Assembly: GCA_003344405.1 (NCBI GenBank)
Contig: NOWV01000216.1
Coordinates: 62,001-115,283, forward strand
Direction of reading: 5' to 3'
DNA length: 53,283 nucleotides
Source: Trichoplax sp. H2
Taxonomy: Eukaryota
The notes under the pieces were generated by a model, which did not search any database, had not been told where the DNA came from, and worked only from the letters and a program-made list of their open reading frames with translations. Made by a program: the position numbers and the translations under genes. Shown here piece after piece: positions 24,001-35,797 of the stretch (the stretch's first letter is position 1; the number at the start of each line of letters is the position of its first letter).

Positions 24001-26140
24001 AATTTGTTTATTTAAATGTCACACAGTATGTACACAATTTTTACGCAAGCGTAAGCAGGCCTAATTCACTAAAACTGCAGAGCTAATAAAAGCACTTAAT
24101 TTTTCAAAGGCAAAGTAAAGAGTGGAAATAAAGTGCTTTCTACCGATTTATTTCTAGCCATGATGTCTCAATATCGAAATTTTACGTCGATTTTCCTTAT
24201 AGAAACTATTATTTGAAATCTCTAATCATATTCGAATTCTAAGGAATAGGATAGAAAATTGGCAGTAATTATAAAACAGCTTTAATAATATTAAAACTCT
24301 TCAAGTAAACAATGGCAAACCTCATTTCTAGCTATCCTATCTGCATATACTATAATTCTTTACTATTTTATGACATGGCTACCACCTAGATAATGCAGAT
24401 GGAGAGCAATAATAATGCTGCTAATGCTGGTTAAATTTCTAGCAGAACACGAAATAAATTCATTGCTAATTTATAGTTCAAAAATCCTATTTTATATCTA
24501 ATTTCTATTTACAGCTAGAAAAATCATTCTAGATGGTGGATGAAATCATTTATTAGCATTTTAATTGTGCCCTTTCCGTTCATTTATCACCATCGAGTAT
24601 AATATAGCACAGCATCCTTCTACGGTTATAAATTGAGAATTTGGACTTATTTATGACGTCATATATCAGAATATGAAATACCAGATGTTACAACTTTTGC
24701 CCAATGTCATGAATTGGCAGGGAAAATATAACAGCAGTAACAATCTGAAGGTAATGGTTTATCCAACCTATCTGTTTACTGGCACAAAACACATTGACAG
24801 TAATAATATTCATGCTTGATCGCCGATTATCGTTGCTTTCGGTGAGAAATACGCCAAATGGTTGCATTGAAATGATATGTATCAAATTAGCATGATGGTA
24901 TTTCAATCAGAAAATTGGAAAAAAATTAGTTCGTATTGATTAAATGACAATAAATACCGTTATCAGCCAAGTTCATGGATATCAAGGTCACGATTCCGGT
25001 CGTTTTTGCAATGTCATTTTGATCGTTTAGTCATGTAATAGCCATTAAATTGTAATGAAAATTTGCCTATTTTTTACTGGAAGATCCTTTATTAACTTGA
25101 ATACTTTGGCTATTCTGGTAGATTATAATGACAGAATACTCCAGATCCAATGATCATCCGTAAATAAGTATAAAAGAGAGATTACTGCACTACCTATGCC
25201 GCAAGTCCCAGTCGAAACTTTCTCTTATAAACGACGATAATACTAAATCGATTAAGTTATGAAGATTTTGAGGCTTCATCATTCGGTATGAAAATAAACA
25301 TTTCCTTTAAATTGATTCATTTCTTGAGTCTTTCTGTTATCGTTTACTCTGGGAGTTTAAGCTCTACTGCAAGAGCTATCAATATATTTGACTTTGATCA
25401 TTATTATAGCTGTTAATCCTATTGATTTATCCAATGTACAGATAAATAATTAAATTGATTTTATTAATATCCATAAAGCAGAAATAAAAGTAAGATGGGC
25501 CAAAAAACGATCTTTATTAAAGCAATAAAATTGTAAAGACAGAAATAAAAGAGTCAATGTTGGACACAGTCATTGTATCTGATACGAATTAGGATATAGT
25601 ACTGGTAGTTACGGTGATTTTTAAATTGACACCTATCTACTTTCAGTATTTTTTTAATGTATGTATTAGTTCATATCCAAGCAATAAAACAAAATAGAAA
25701 ATAACATCAGCTTATTACTTTCGCTTCCGTTTTCATAGCTTGCTTGGAAGCAATAGCTAATAATATGGATAATTAATATACCGGCTTGAATTAGTATTGT
25801 ATTCAATCATAGCTTCAGAAAGAAATCGAAAATGATTTTTACATCTCTTTATTCCTATTTTCAAACACTTTAAGAATGGAATCACTTTAATGCCTTTTAT
25901 TTCATTCATCCACTATTTAGAATAGTGAACTAAATTGAATAAAATCATATGGACGCTTTTCTAATGAAAGAAAACTTGAATAGAAGCGTAATTTATCCAA
26001 ATGAAAATTCTTTCAAATTTTTTTATCGGCGAAAAGAAAGGAAAACTGAATGGAAGTGCATATGTATAAGGCTATTCGCGATCATATTCTCATATCAGTT
26101 TAAAGTGATCCTTTATTCGTTTAAGAAATCAACGATTAGA

Positions 26141-26710
26141 ATGGCATCTGCTTATGTCTAACTTACTCACATAAGTATTATGATCATGGTAATGCAATTT
26201 ATACAGCCTTTTCCAGTGCAAAATTGATATGAAAACAGATTACTTAATGGTAACAGATTTTAAAATCATTGCAATCTTCAAACCAATTGGTCTTGCACAA
26301 TTTCGCATAATGCTAGCTCAGCTAGTACAGCATTAAATCCTTTTGGTATAGCTTTTAAAAAAACAACATATACTTGGACGAACGCTTTATGTCAAAACGA
26401 CAATGACGGCGACGGCTTAACGAATGGTATCGCGCTTGGTGATCCTAACTGCGTTTGGAATAAGAATCGCACACCTCATCGAATCGTTAATATTACTCAT
26501 CTAGGAATTTGAGATCCTGTTAAAGAGGCAAAGTGCTACGGTAAACAAGACTGGTTATTATGTCCTTTCAAGAATGTTATCCCTCCTACTATAAAACCTG
26601 CAGGTACAACACCAATCCCAACCAATATAACAACATCAACCAATTCTGCTTCAAGTGCTATGCCATCCATCCAATCTATTTGGATAATATCTAGTTTCTC
26701 CCTAATATGA
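26141..26710 (+). pseudogene. Temptin-like pseudogene (copy 5), inverted orientation, short S/T/P stalk and GPI-like tail
   Basis: 190 codons in one frame: MASAYV*LTHISIMIMVMQFIQPFPVQN*YENRLLNGNRF*NHC...LNPFGIAF...WTNALCQNDNDGDGLTNGIALGDPNCVW...THLGI*DP...KCYGKQDWLLCP...TTSTNSASSAMPSIQSIWIISSFSLI*. Stops at 26159, 26225, 26261 and 26510. Confidence 0.88.
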
Positions 26711-27042
26711 TGGGTAAAAACGGACTTGTGAAACCTTTCAAAGAGTCATTATTTGAAAAGTATTCATTAATTTTCGATCAATTTTGTATTTATTATTTTC
26801 CTTTTATCGCTTTTAGTGAGCTTTATGATTGATGTAAAGATAAATCATGGAAGATAGTAGCTATCATTAATAAATACCAATTCTATCACGAAAACTCTTT
26901 ATAAGTAAGATTTGATCTCTTCTATGCGACAGTTTCAATTTATTGAGCCTATAACCCTTCTTGTAGCTAATATTATAATCTGTCTACTAAACTACTTCAC
27001 TTTAACAGTATCTAAATTATACNNNNNNNNNNNNNNNNNNNN

Positions 27043-27376
27043 AAATCATTGCAATCTTCAAACCAATTGGTCTTGCACAATTTCGCATAATGCTAGCTCA
27101 GCTAGTGCAGCATTAAATCCTTTTGGTATAGCTTTTAAAAAAACAACATATACTTGGACGAATGCTTTATGTCAAAACGACAATGACGGCGACGGCTTAA
27201 CGAATAGTATCGCGCTTGGTGATCCTAACTGTTTCAAGAATGTTATCCCTCCTACTATAAAACCTGCAGGTACAACACCAGTCCCAACCAATGCAACAAC
27301 ATCAACCAATTCTGCTTCAAGTGCTATACCATCCATCCAATCTATTTGGATAATATCTAGTTTCTCCCTAATATGA
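27043..27376 (+). pseudogene. Second (probably allelic) copy of temptin pseudogene 5 with an in-frame 114-bp deletion
   Basis: 26263-27022 is repeated at 27043-27688 across the N gap 27023-27042. The second copy joins DPNC directly to FKNVIPP (loss of 38 codons) and has scattered SNPs. Confidence 0.75.
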
Positions 27377-29058
27377 TGGGTAAAAACGGACTTGTGAAAC
27401 CTTTCAAAGAGTCATTATTTGAAAAGTATTCATTAATTTTCGATCAATTTTGTATTTATTATTTTCCTTTTATCGCTTTTAGTGAGCTTTATGATTGATA
27501 TAAAGATAAATCATGGAAGATAGCAGCTATCATTAATAAATACTGATTCTATCACGAAAACTCTTTATAAGTAAGATTTGATCTCTTCTATGCGACAGTT
27601 TCAATTTATTGAGCCTATAACCCTTCTTGTAGCTAATATTATAATCTGTCTACTAAACTACTTCACTTTAACAGTATCTAAATTATACGAATGTCCTAGA
27701 TCCTATCAATGAAATTCTTTACGTTTATCTTCGTCAACTTAAAGTAATCCATGACTTTAATCAATTTATATTTTCTGCACCTAAGCTCAAATTGAAAATG
27801 CAGCTTTGCACTTTAAATTAGCAATTTTTAGTAATTAAATAAAATATCATGCTTCATTACATGGTATGGTAGTCATCAGCGCTACCTAAATTTCTTCATC
27901 GCAATAAATAGAATATTAAAAATTAGATATTATAATTCGTCCACAAGTTCCTTTAAATAACGGAACTTGATAATTTATCTATGTCCCGTTTATTTCTTAG
28001 CTATTTTAAAGGACCTGTTGGATTTCATATTTTCGTCTATAACGATACACTATTAATATTTCTTGCTTAATTCATATGTTACCAAACCTATGGAAGAGTT
28101 TTTGGAAGCCTTAAGAAATACAGTATTATATCAGAAATAGTAATTAACATAATTACAAAGATTTTGTAACGATAACTAACAAAGAATTTAAAAAGCTAAA
28201 TTAAATAGAAAATGCAATAAACGAGGTTAAAGCAATATAAGAATTTTTAAATTGGAATCAAGATACGTTTTAAATGTCTCATAGATCAATACTATCAGTC
28301 TACAAGCTGACAAGCGGCTATATCAATATTTCAACAGTTAGCGAATCGATCTAGTTACGATAATTGAAAAATCGATTGATATTAAATTCATTGCAAACAA
28401 ATGTAGTAAGTATAACTCGTTAATGCAGTACGGCATCGTGCTATATTTTAAAAATATATATAGCTAGTGCATGCAGCACTTCAAGGCCGTATCATGAAAT
28501 AAAGAAATAGTTCTGAATTAGTTTATATTTTATGCTAAATAATAGACTTCAAATATAGCAGATATGAAATCCTACTATTAGGCTTGTAGAAGACTAGGTA
28601 TGCCCTACTAGAAGTATATCATCCAACTTATTGCAGATACATTAATATACTGCGGTACTTTGGTTAATAATTTGATTGCACCTTAAATGTATGACAGAAT
28701 TACCATTGTACTGTAAGGTATGATTGGTAGACATTAATTCATCTATCGATGATCTTGCGCTGCCAATTTTGAAGTTGTAGTACTATACTGAAATCAATGT
28801 TTTTCTTAAAATAGCGGTCAAATATTTGAGTTGATGAATAAGCTATCGTGCTTATTAATGTCTTTCATTATATTTCGGATTTGAAATTTGGTTAACATTA
28901 ATGTTACAAATTAAGCAAATGTGATTGTATTGTACTCCACCAAAGGAATTAAATAAGCTATAGATTTTCCTGAATTACTAATTTTTATTCCAAGACAGTT
29001 TCTTTTATCTAAGGAATTTTAGTGAAAGACTTTATCTAGAGCTAGAATAGAATTACAG

Positions 29059-29287
29059 GATACTATGAAAGTATCAATATCAATGATTTTTTGATCCTCC
29101 TTGCTAGTAATCGAAAAGTTAAATGCAAAAAATCAGAAACAAATAGCCGCCATAAAAATGAAAGTCAATCATAAATTATCACATCCACTAGCAATTAAAT
29201 TTTATATTTCTGATTTTTTGCATTCAACTTTTCGATTACTAGCAAGGAGGATCAAAAAATCATTGATATTGATACTTTCATAGTATC
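29059..29287. repeat. Long inverted repeat / foldback (81-bp arms, 80/81 identical, 67-bp spacer); MITE-like or hairpin-RNA locus
   Basis: 29059-29139 is the reverse complement of 29207-29287 with a single mismatch. No convincing TSD. Confidence 0.9.
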
Positions 29288-31714
29288 GATTACTATTATC
29301 GCCACTATAAAACTAACGTGAATTACATTTTAATTATGTGCGATACTGAGGATTGGCTACGATAGCAATTTGATACCTGTAGAGAATATAAAACATCACT
29401 ATGTGTTTCTGATATATTATCGTTTATTTAAATCGGTAGCTGGATGACGAAACACTGTGACTAAATTAAATGCTGAGATGATATGAAATGATAGAATTAT
29501 TTTAAGCCAAACTATTTGTATTTCTATATTTACACTATCATCTGGCAAGGCATTTAAATATTATCATTCAATTAGTGAGCACTAGCCTTATATCGAAATT
29601 CAGCTAACGATTTAATAATAAAGTAAACGAAACAACGATTATCACCGTAGTACAAAAGTTGAACAATTTTCTTACAAAACTACGTATTTAGGTGCCACAG
29701 CAAGAATGATTTGGTAAGATTAATTGTTTACTAACATTGAATTGTGAAATTGATAATAATAAATCAAATCGTATATTGCTTTCAGATTAAACAGATTTTC
29801 TCTCATTGTATCTTGCTAACTAAACTTTGATTATTTCACGAAACCGAATTTCTGCGCTTTTATTCCATAAATTTTTGAGGGTTGTTAAATACAAAATTTG
29901 CAACGAAAATTACGTGTGAAAGTAAATTGGACAGATGTAAAATCAATTGTTAGATTAATTTGTTCAAATGCCTCAACATTGCAATACCGTCGAATATTTT
30001 TGATATATTCTTCTGAATAATTAGTTATTATTTGATATAGAACATTGGGCGCACAGTATATTTTACTGACTAACGATGTGATTACTAGACCAGCGTAGTA
30101 ACTTCACAATTTGCAGTTTCGCACATTCTACAATATATCGATTTTCACAGAATTATGTAAAATAGTCCAAAGCTTAGTCTAGGGTGAGTTGTATAAGAAA
30201 GATTTAAATGTAGGTTATAGTCTATCGATTGCAGTTCTTACTTTGAGTAAATTTTCCTCTTATATGCACATTATTTGTCGTTATTTTATCCTATAACTGT
30301 AATTCATACTGAAACTGCTATTCTGTATTTAACCAATTTTAAACTAGACATAAATAGGGATTCATCTTGTATGCTATAAATAAGTTAAAAATAATTGAAT
30401 TAATTATCTGGCGATCATCAACTGCAGCTCTTCCAGCTATTATTACCTTCCCTCAGTATTCCTGTGCCATTGTCTATTAATTATATTCTAAAAATTTTGG
30501 TCTAGATCAAGAAAAAGATTATTAAGCTTATCCTATCTTTAAATTAAAAGCAAATAATAAAAAAGTACTTTAACTAAATTAAAATTGCATATAAAATAAT
30601 TTTATTAACTATTCGTTGAGTTAGGTTAAGGACCTTCTTAGTTTAAATTTTAAAATCTTTGCAACAAAGCGCTATGAGATTTTAAATTCAGTTAAAATAA
30701 AATTTTACTTGTAATCATGACCAGAGATACAAGTTACCATCTGTAAAGCTGGATCTATATAAACTATTATGACAGTAACCTATCAACAGAAAATTAATTG
30801 CTGGGTTTATTATTGCAAAACTTTAGGAACCTTCAAGATATGTGAAACGATTACAAAATTGCTTTTGTTGAGTTCTTAACTTTGTCTTAAATACTGACCC
30901 TATTGTTGTCGAAAATTCGGATAATAACTTAGGATAAAATTTAAATATAAATTACTGTTGCTGCTAGAACTACATACGACAGTAGTATGAATAGTGTATA
31001 ATACTGTAGTTTAAGCGTAATATTCGATTTACCAAAGATTTTGGAACAACTTGCCATTATCGGAATTAGAGTGTGAAGACGACCGTCAAAATTGTGTATA
31101 AATTAATTTTAATTTGATAATTTACTCCGTTAATCGGCATGAAAATCTTTAAAATAAAAAGTTATTGAATTAGTTTAGACCTGAAACAAATACGTGTAAG
31201 AATGGTTTTCTTTTATTAATAGTTGATATACGTAGTTTTCTTAAACAAATAGCAAATTCCGAAAGAACTAACACCTGCATTAAATTGAAAGCAGAAATTA
31301 AATAACTGATCTGTAATAAAACCGGAAATATTAGCCATAAAGATTTACCTATAGAATTTATATATGTACAGTATAAAAAACGGCAAGGAATAAAAGTTGC
31401 TTCAGTCCCCGATAATTGCGCTATTTTGCAGCGATATAACTGCAAGATAACTAGCACCGAATAATGATACGATGGCATCTGGAAAATAAAATAGTTAAAT
31501 TATATCATAATAAGGTAAATAGCTTGTTGTTGTTTAGTAATAGCCAGAAATTTTTGCATCTTTCAAAGCTTTACTTGGATCTCGGGCTCTTAAGAACGAG
31601 CAATTAATAATTTTAAACTTGTCAAAATAAGCTTACGGTCAATGAAAATAGTCCTATTTAGCTGCAGTACGCACACATTAAATCGATATCAAGTCAGTAA
31701 GACCTTAAGCACTA

Positions 31715-32145
31715 TGTAATAATAGGAAAGAATAAGTCATAACGGACCCTAATTTAATGTACAGTAACATGCAAGCATATCTTGTGTCATCTATCTCTTA
31801 TATCGCATGTTTTTATGCAACTATCAGATACTGGCTATGCAATAATCAGGTGAAACTTCTGTTTATATATACAGCACCAATCTGAAATTAGACGTTATTG
31901 AATGCATTATTGTTGCGTAATGAATTTATATGCCGTTTAGAATTTTTGATTTTAAAGTTGAATTAAAAAAATAAGATATAAAGTATGAAATATGTAGAAT
32001 ATATCTTTTACTTTTTCACATGTATAAACAATCAATACCCTATCGTACGTAATTTACTACATTATTTACATACGTTAATTTACATTAAAGATGTTCTAAA
32101 CTTCTTCATTATTCGGAAGTTTAGACTCTTATTGCTATTGTGACA
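31715..32145. mobile_element. Candidate older solo LTR (431 bp)
   Basis: Termini TGTAATAATAG...CTATTGTGACA (9/11 inverted match), but the flanks CACTA/ACCTA match only imperfectly. Confidence 0.35.
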
Positions 32146-34771
32146 ACCTAAAAAAGTTGAAATTTATCAAATAGATTGGTGGATTGCACATAATTACCAA
32201 TTTCGATGTAAAAATTGGACAATGATAGCTACGTAATCATTGTCAAGATGATTTTACATGACAAGTTTTATGAAAGCTGGCAAGTGATGGTTTTTAACCT
32301 AAATTATTTAAATTACGAAGCACACAAAAGAGGACCGAATGCTAATGATTCCCTCATTCTAATATTTTTATTTCAGCCACAGAATTCATACAAAACCTAT
32401 ACGAAGGAAAACATCGAACACCTGGGGATTGTACGATTGTAATCAGTTCCATTTTAGTCTTTTTTATCTACGATATAATTCTAAATATAGAAATTATGCG
32501 CGACTGTACTTGTATAAAGACTTGCGGACATATCCAAATATCGAATCACAATATACTATAGTAACCTTCCATAAAGACAGGAAGCGTTTAATATGTTTTA
32601 CCTACGATACGACCGCAGAGTAAATAGTATTGACAATCTCAAAGTTCCCTTTTGTCCAATTTTAGCTGTTTACAATTCTCTCAACATTATTATGATCGTG
32701 ATTATAAATAAAATTATTTTATAACAGTATTAAATAAATAGCGTTCTTATTGTATCTATGATAGCGAATTTTAGTATCAACTAGATTGAATGTACAAGAT
32801 TAAAGTAGGTGTAAGAATTTCTTCATATAGCTGAAACTAACGGCAATTCTTTATAATCAAGAATCGCCCCTATCGTAAATACTGGTAAGATGTAAGTTTT
32901 CTCAATCTAAGCTACTCTATCACTTTCAGAAATTTTGGGCCAAATAATTTTACGTATTGTTGCCGTCAAACACAATAACTTTACACAAAGATAGAAAACA
33001 AATGAGAATATACTTTGCAGAAATTCCATTTACTTTATTCCTTCAATGTCAAGAATAGTAATAAAAACGCAACATCTGACAACTAATAGCATCATAATCT
33101 TAACCAGATCTATCATTTTATAATGGTAAAATGTCAATTATCGACATTATAGAAGAATTTTTGCGTCGAAGATGTTATTAATAGTCGTTTTAAGATAGAA
33201 ATATAGATATTGAAAATCGATAGTGTCGGTGTACCCTATCACTCTATATTATTTGCGGTATACTAATGCTTCTATGACACGATTGTAAACTAATTTTTCA
33301 CTAATTGGCTAGTATGGACGAAATAATTAAGTTATGCTTTATAAAAATTACTAAGTAAACGCATTTTTTCGTATTTCCGTATAAACAGGAGGTAAATTCG
33401 CAATAAATTATTTCATATAATAAAGGCTACGTTTATGCGACTATTTTGCAATGAAAGAATGCTGTCAATTAAAAAAACAAAACAAATGAAATTAATTTAG
33501 TATCTTCCGTACATTAAATATTGGGCCGATGCTTTTTCTATAGTATATTAACAACCACCTACTTGATTAAATTGATTTCTTTTTTTATTGTTTAATGCCT
33601 ATTCTTGCACTACAATTTTTAATTGAATTTTAAACATCGCAAATCTTAAATTATGAGTAGTAAATGCCAGAAATTGATAAAACTCATAGCGATTGAACGT
33701 TATAAATTTATATTAAGTTGAAAAGTTAAATCGAAGATGAGATCTTTGTCAGGGTACTCATGACTTATAAACTTTAACTCAATTTGATGACTATTTTATT
33801 ATTTATAATGACAATCACTTAAATTAAAATTAATACATAGTAACAAGATAGTCAAAAATTACAAGTTACATTTAATCTAACTATTTGATACATGATTTTT
33901 CAGTCATTAATCACGATAACTGAAATTTAAAATTGACCGCTTTTTACATCTCATTGATAATGTTCAAATATTTATTACTGATACATGTTAATAGCGTTTA
34001 GAAATAAATAGACGAAGTTCTAAAGTGGTCGAAGCAATGTTAAGTTGAAACTTATTAAATAAGAACTACTTATGCAGACTACTGGATAGTGAAACTAGCA
34101 ATAAGGATTGATTGAATTTGAAACACGAGCCAAGGTCATAGCAAAGTGCTGATCTTAACTATATAAATCTTTCAGTCATTTTCATCCATCATATCTATCA
34201 ATTACAGTCGTGAAAAATTTTTTTCAGAATTGATAATTCGAACATTAAAAGCCAAAATTCTCATCCAATTTATACCTAAACGGTATACTCAGAATTAAAG
34301 TTAGGCGAGATTTATGAACATAATCAATTTCAAATTTTGCTCGATTAGAACCAATACTAGCAAGTCTATGCCTATCCTAGCATATATCAATCTTCTCTGT
34401 ATAGCCATAATTATACTATATCCATTTTTAATCGATTGTAATTATTATGAAATAATTCTTAAGTAGTACGAGTAATTAATAATTTACATCGAAATAAATT
34501 TTCTACCCATCAAGAATGATTAGAGCAAGTAAAAGATAAATACTTCCACAGGAAAAGAAATCTTAATTACACATGAGCTCGCCATATTTCCATATTCATT
34601 TGAAATAATTTTTCGAATAAGTTGAAAATTTAGGCCAATATTCCATGGCTGGATAAGCAATCAACAATAACTAACGTTCTAGAAGAAAACTCACATGGAA
34701 GAAATCATTTTCTTCTTCTATCATTTGTTATAATATTATTTGTTTCGTTATTAATGTCAATAGGTGATCAT

Positions 34772-35797
34772 TTATCGTTCAATGGTATTATTTCGTTTTG
34801 TTCCTGATGTTGCCAATGTTGTTTCAGGTTGTTTACGTCCAGTCATTGTTTCCAATATAAAATAAAACTTCATCCTCAATGATCTCATTCTTGCAAAGAA
34901 TATCAATGGATTTAATGCACTATTAAGATATAATAATGATATAGCAAAATAGTGCAAATCATCGGGCACACAGGCAGTGCCAGCAGTCACAGGATAAACA
35001 ATAAAACTAATGATACTCCAAACAGTAAAGCACAATAAGAAATTAAGGAATAGGATAGATAATGTCAAGGTAAAACGTTTTTTAGCTCGATCCGATGAAT
35101 ACTGGCATGTATTTGCTGAGATAGATTCACATCTATAACGCATTAAATCCGTCTTAATTTTTCTCAAGACGGTATAAATCTTCAGATAGCATATAAATGT
35201 CGTCAATAATGGCAAACCGAAATCAATTAGCGATTCGAAAACAGCATTAATTTGATTTGCTAAGCCTTCGTTCCAGGTTGGTAAGCAAGATCTTTCAATA
35301 ATATTATAATCATAATGACTTAAACCCCAAAAAGGTAGTAAGCACATGATAATAGCAATGATCCAGACAAGAACGATGGCATAAATTGCATGCCTAGGAG
35401 CTAATTTAACTGCTGGTGATTGGCACACAACCAAATAACGAAAGATAGCCATCGCCGTCAAGGTATAAGTGGTACCAATAAAATATATACCGCTAATAAA
35501 ACCATGGAAGGTACATAATTCATAACCTAAGCCATTACTATTCATGATTATATTGACTATATACAAGGGTAATCTTACGCCGCTTTGCAATAGATCTAAG
35601 CAGGTATGATTAATAACTAGATAATTAATAGCCGATTTTATTCTCTTATCAAGAAATAATGAAATCAATAAGAATATATTTCCCACTATTCCAAAGAATC
35701 CGATGATCGCTAAATACCCCGCTCGTAATCCGATTTTCGTCGGCGATAGATCGGAAATATTTTCATAGCACGAATTACTCATTATCGGCCAGGTCAT
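34772..35797 (-). CDS. Class A (rhodopsin-like) GPCR, opsin/melatonin-receptor-like ('placopsin'-type, no retinal-binding Lys), 341 aa
   Basis: Seven hydrophobic segments; TM1 GIVGN, TM2 D, TM3 LC.FHGF...TLTAMAIFRYLVVC, TM4 W...LP, ECL2 PFWG.SHY...SC...W, TM5 F.LP...CY.KIY, TM7 YLNSALNPLIF. Intronless. Confidence 0.92.
   Translation of the reverse strand: MTWPIMSNSCYENISDLSPTKIGLRAGYLAIIGFFGIVGNIFLLISLFLDKRIKSAINYLVINHTCLDLLQSGVRLPLYIVNIIMNSNGLGYELCTFHGFISGIYFIGTTYTLTAMAIFRYLVVCQSPAVKLAPRHAIYAIVLVWIIAIIMCLLPFWGLSHYDYNIIERSCLPTWNEGLANQINAVFESLIDFGLPLLTTFICYLKIYTVLRKIKTDLMRYRCESISANTCQYSSDRAKKRFTLTLSILFLNFLLCFTVWSIISFIVYPVTAGTACVPDDLHYFAISLLYLNSALNPLIFFARMRSLRMKFYFILETMTGRKQPETTLATSGTKRNNTIER

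Noticed and set aside
24688..24906. 72-aa ORF with a hydrophobic AVIFSLP segment as a GPCR relic
   Set aside because: No other class A motifs found in neighbouring frames.
3685..26512. Stop-codon readthrough, selenocysteine or an alternative genetic code rescuing the temptin pseudogenes
   Set aside because: Stops are of all three types, fall at different residue classes and accompany missense loss of conserved Cys/Gly/Glu; intact neighbours use the standard code.
26912..27376. 154-aa ORF as an intact sixth temptin gene
   Set aside because: It reads through an N gap; its N-terminal part is the 3' flank of pseudogene 5, so it is an assembly chimera. The same applies to ORF 2208-2402.
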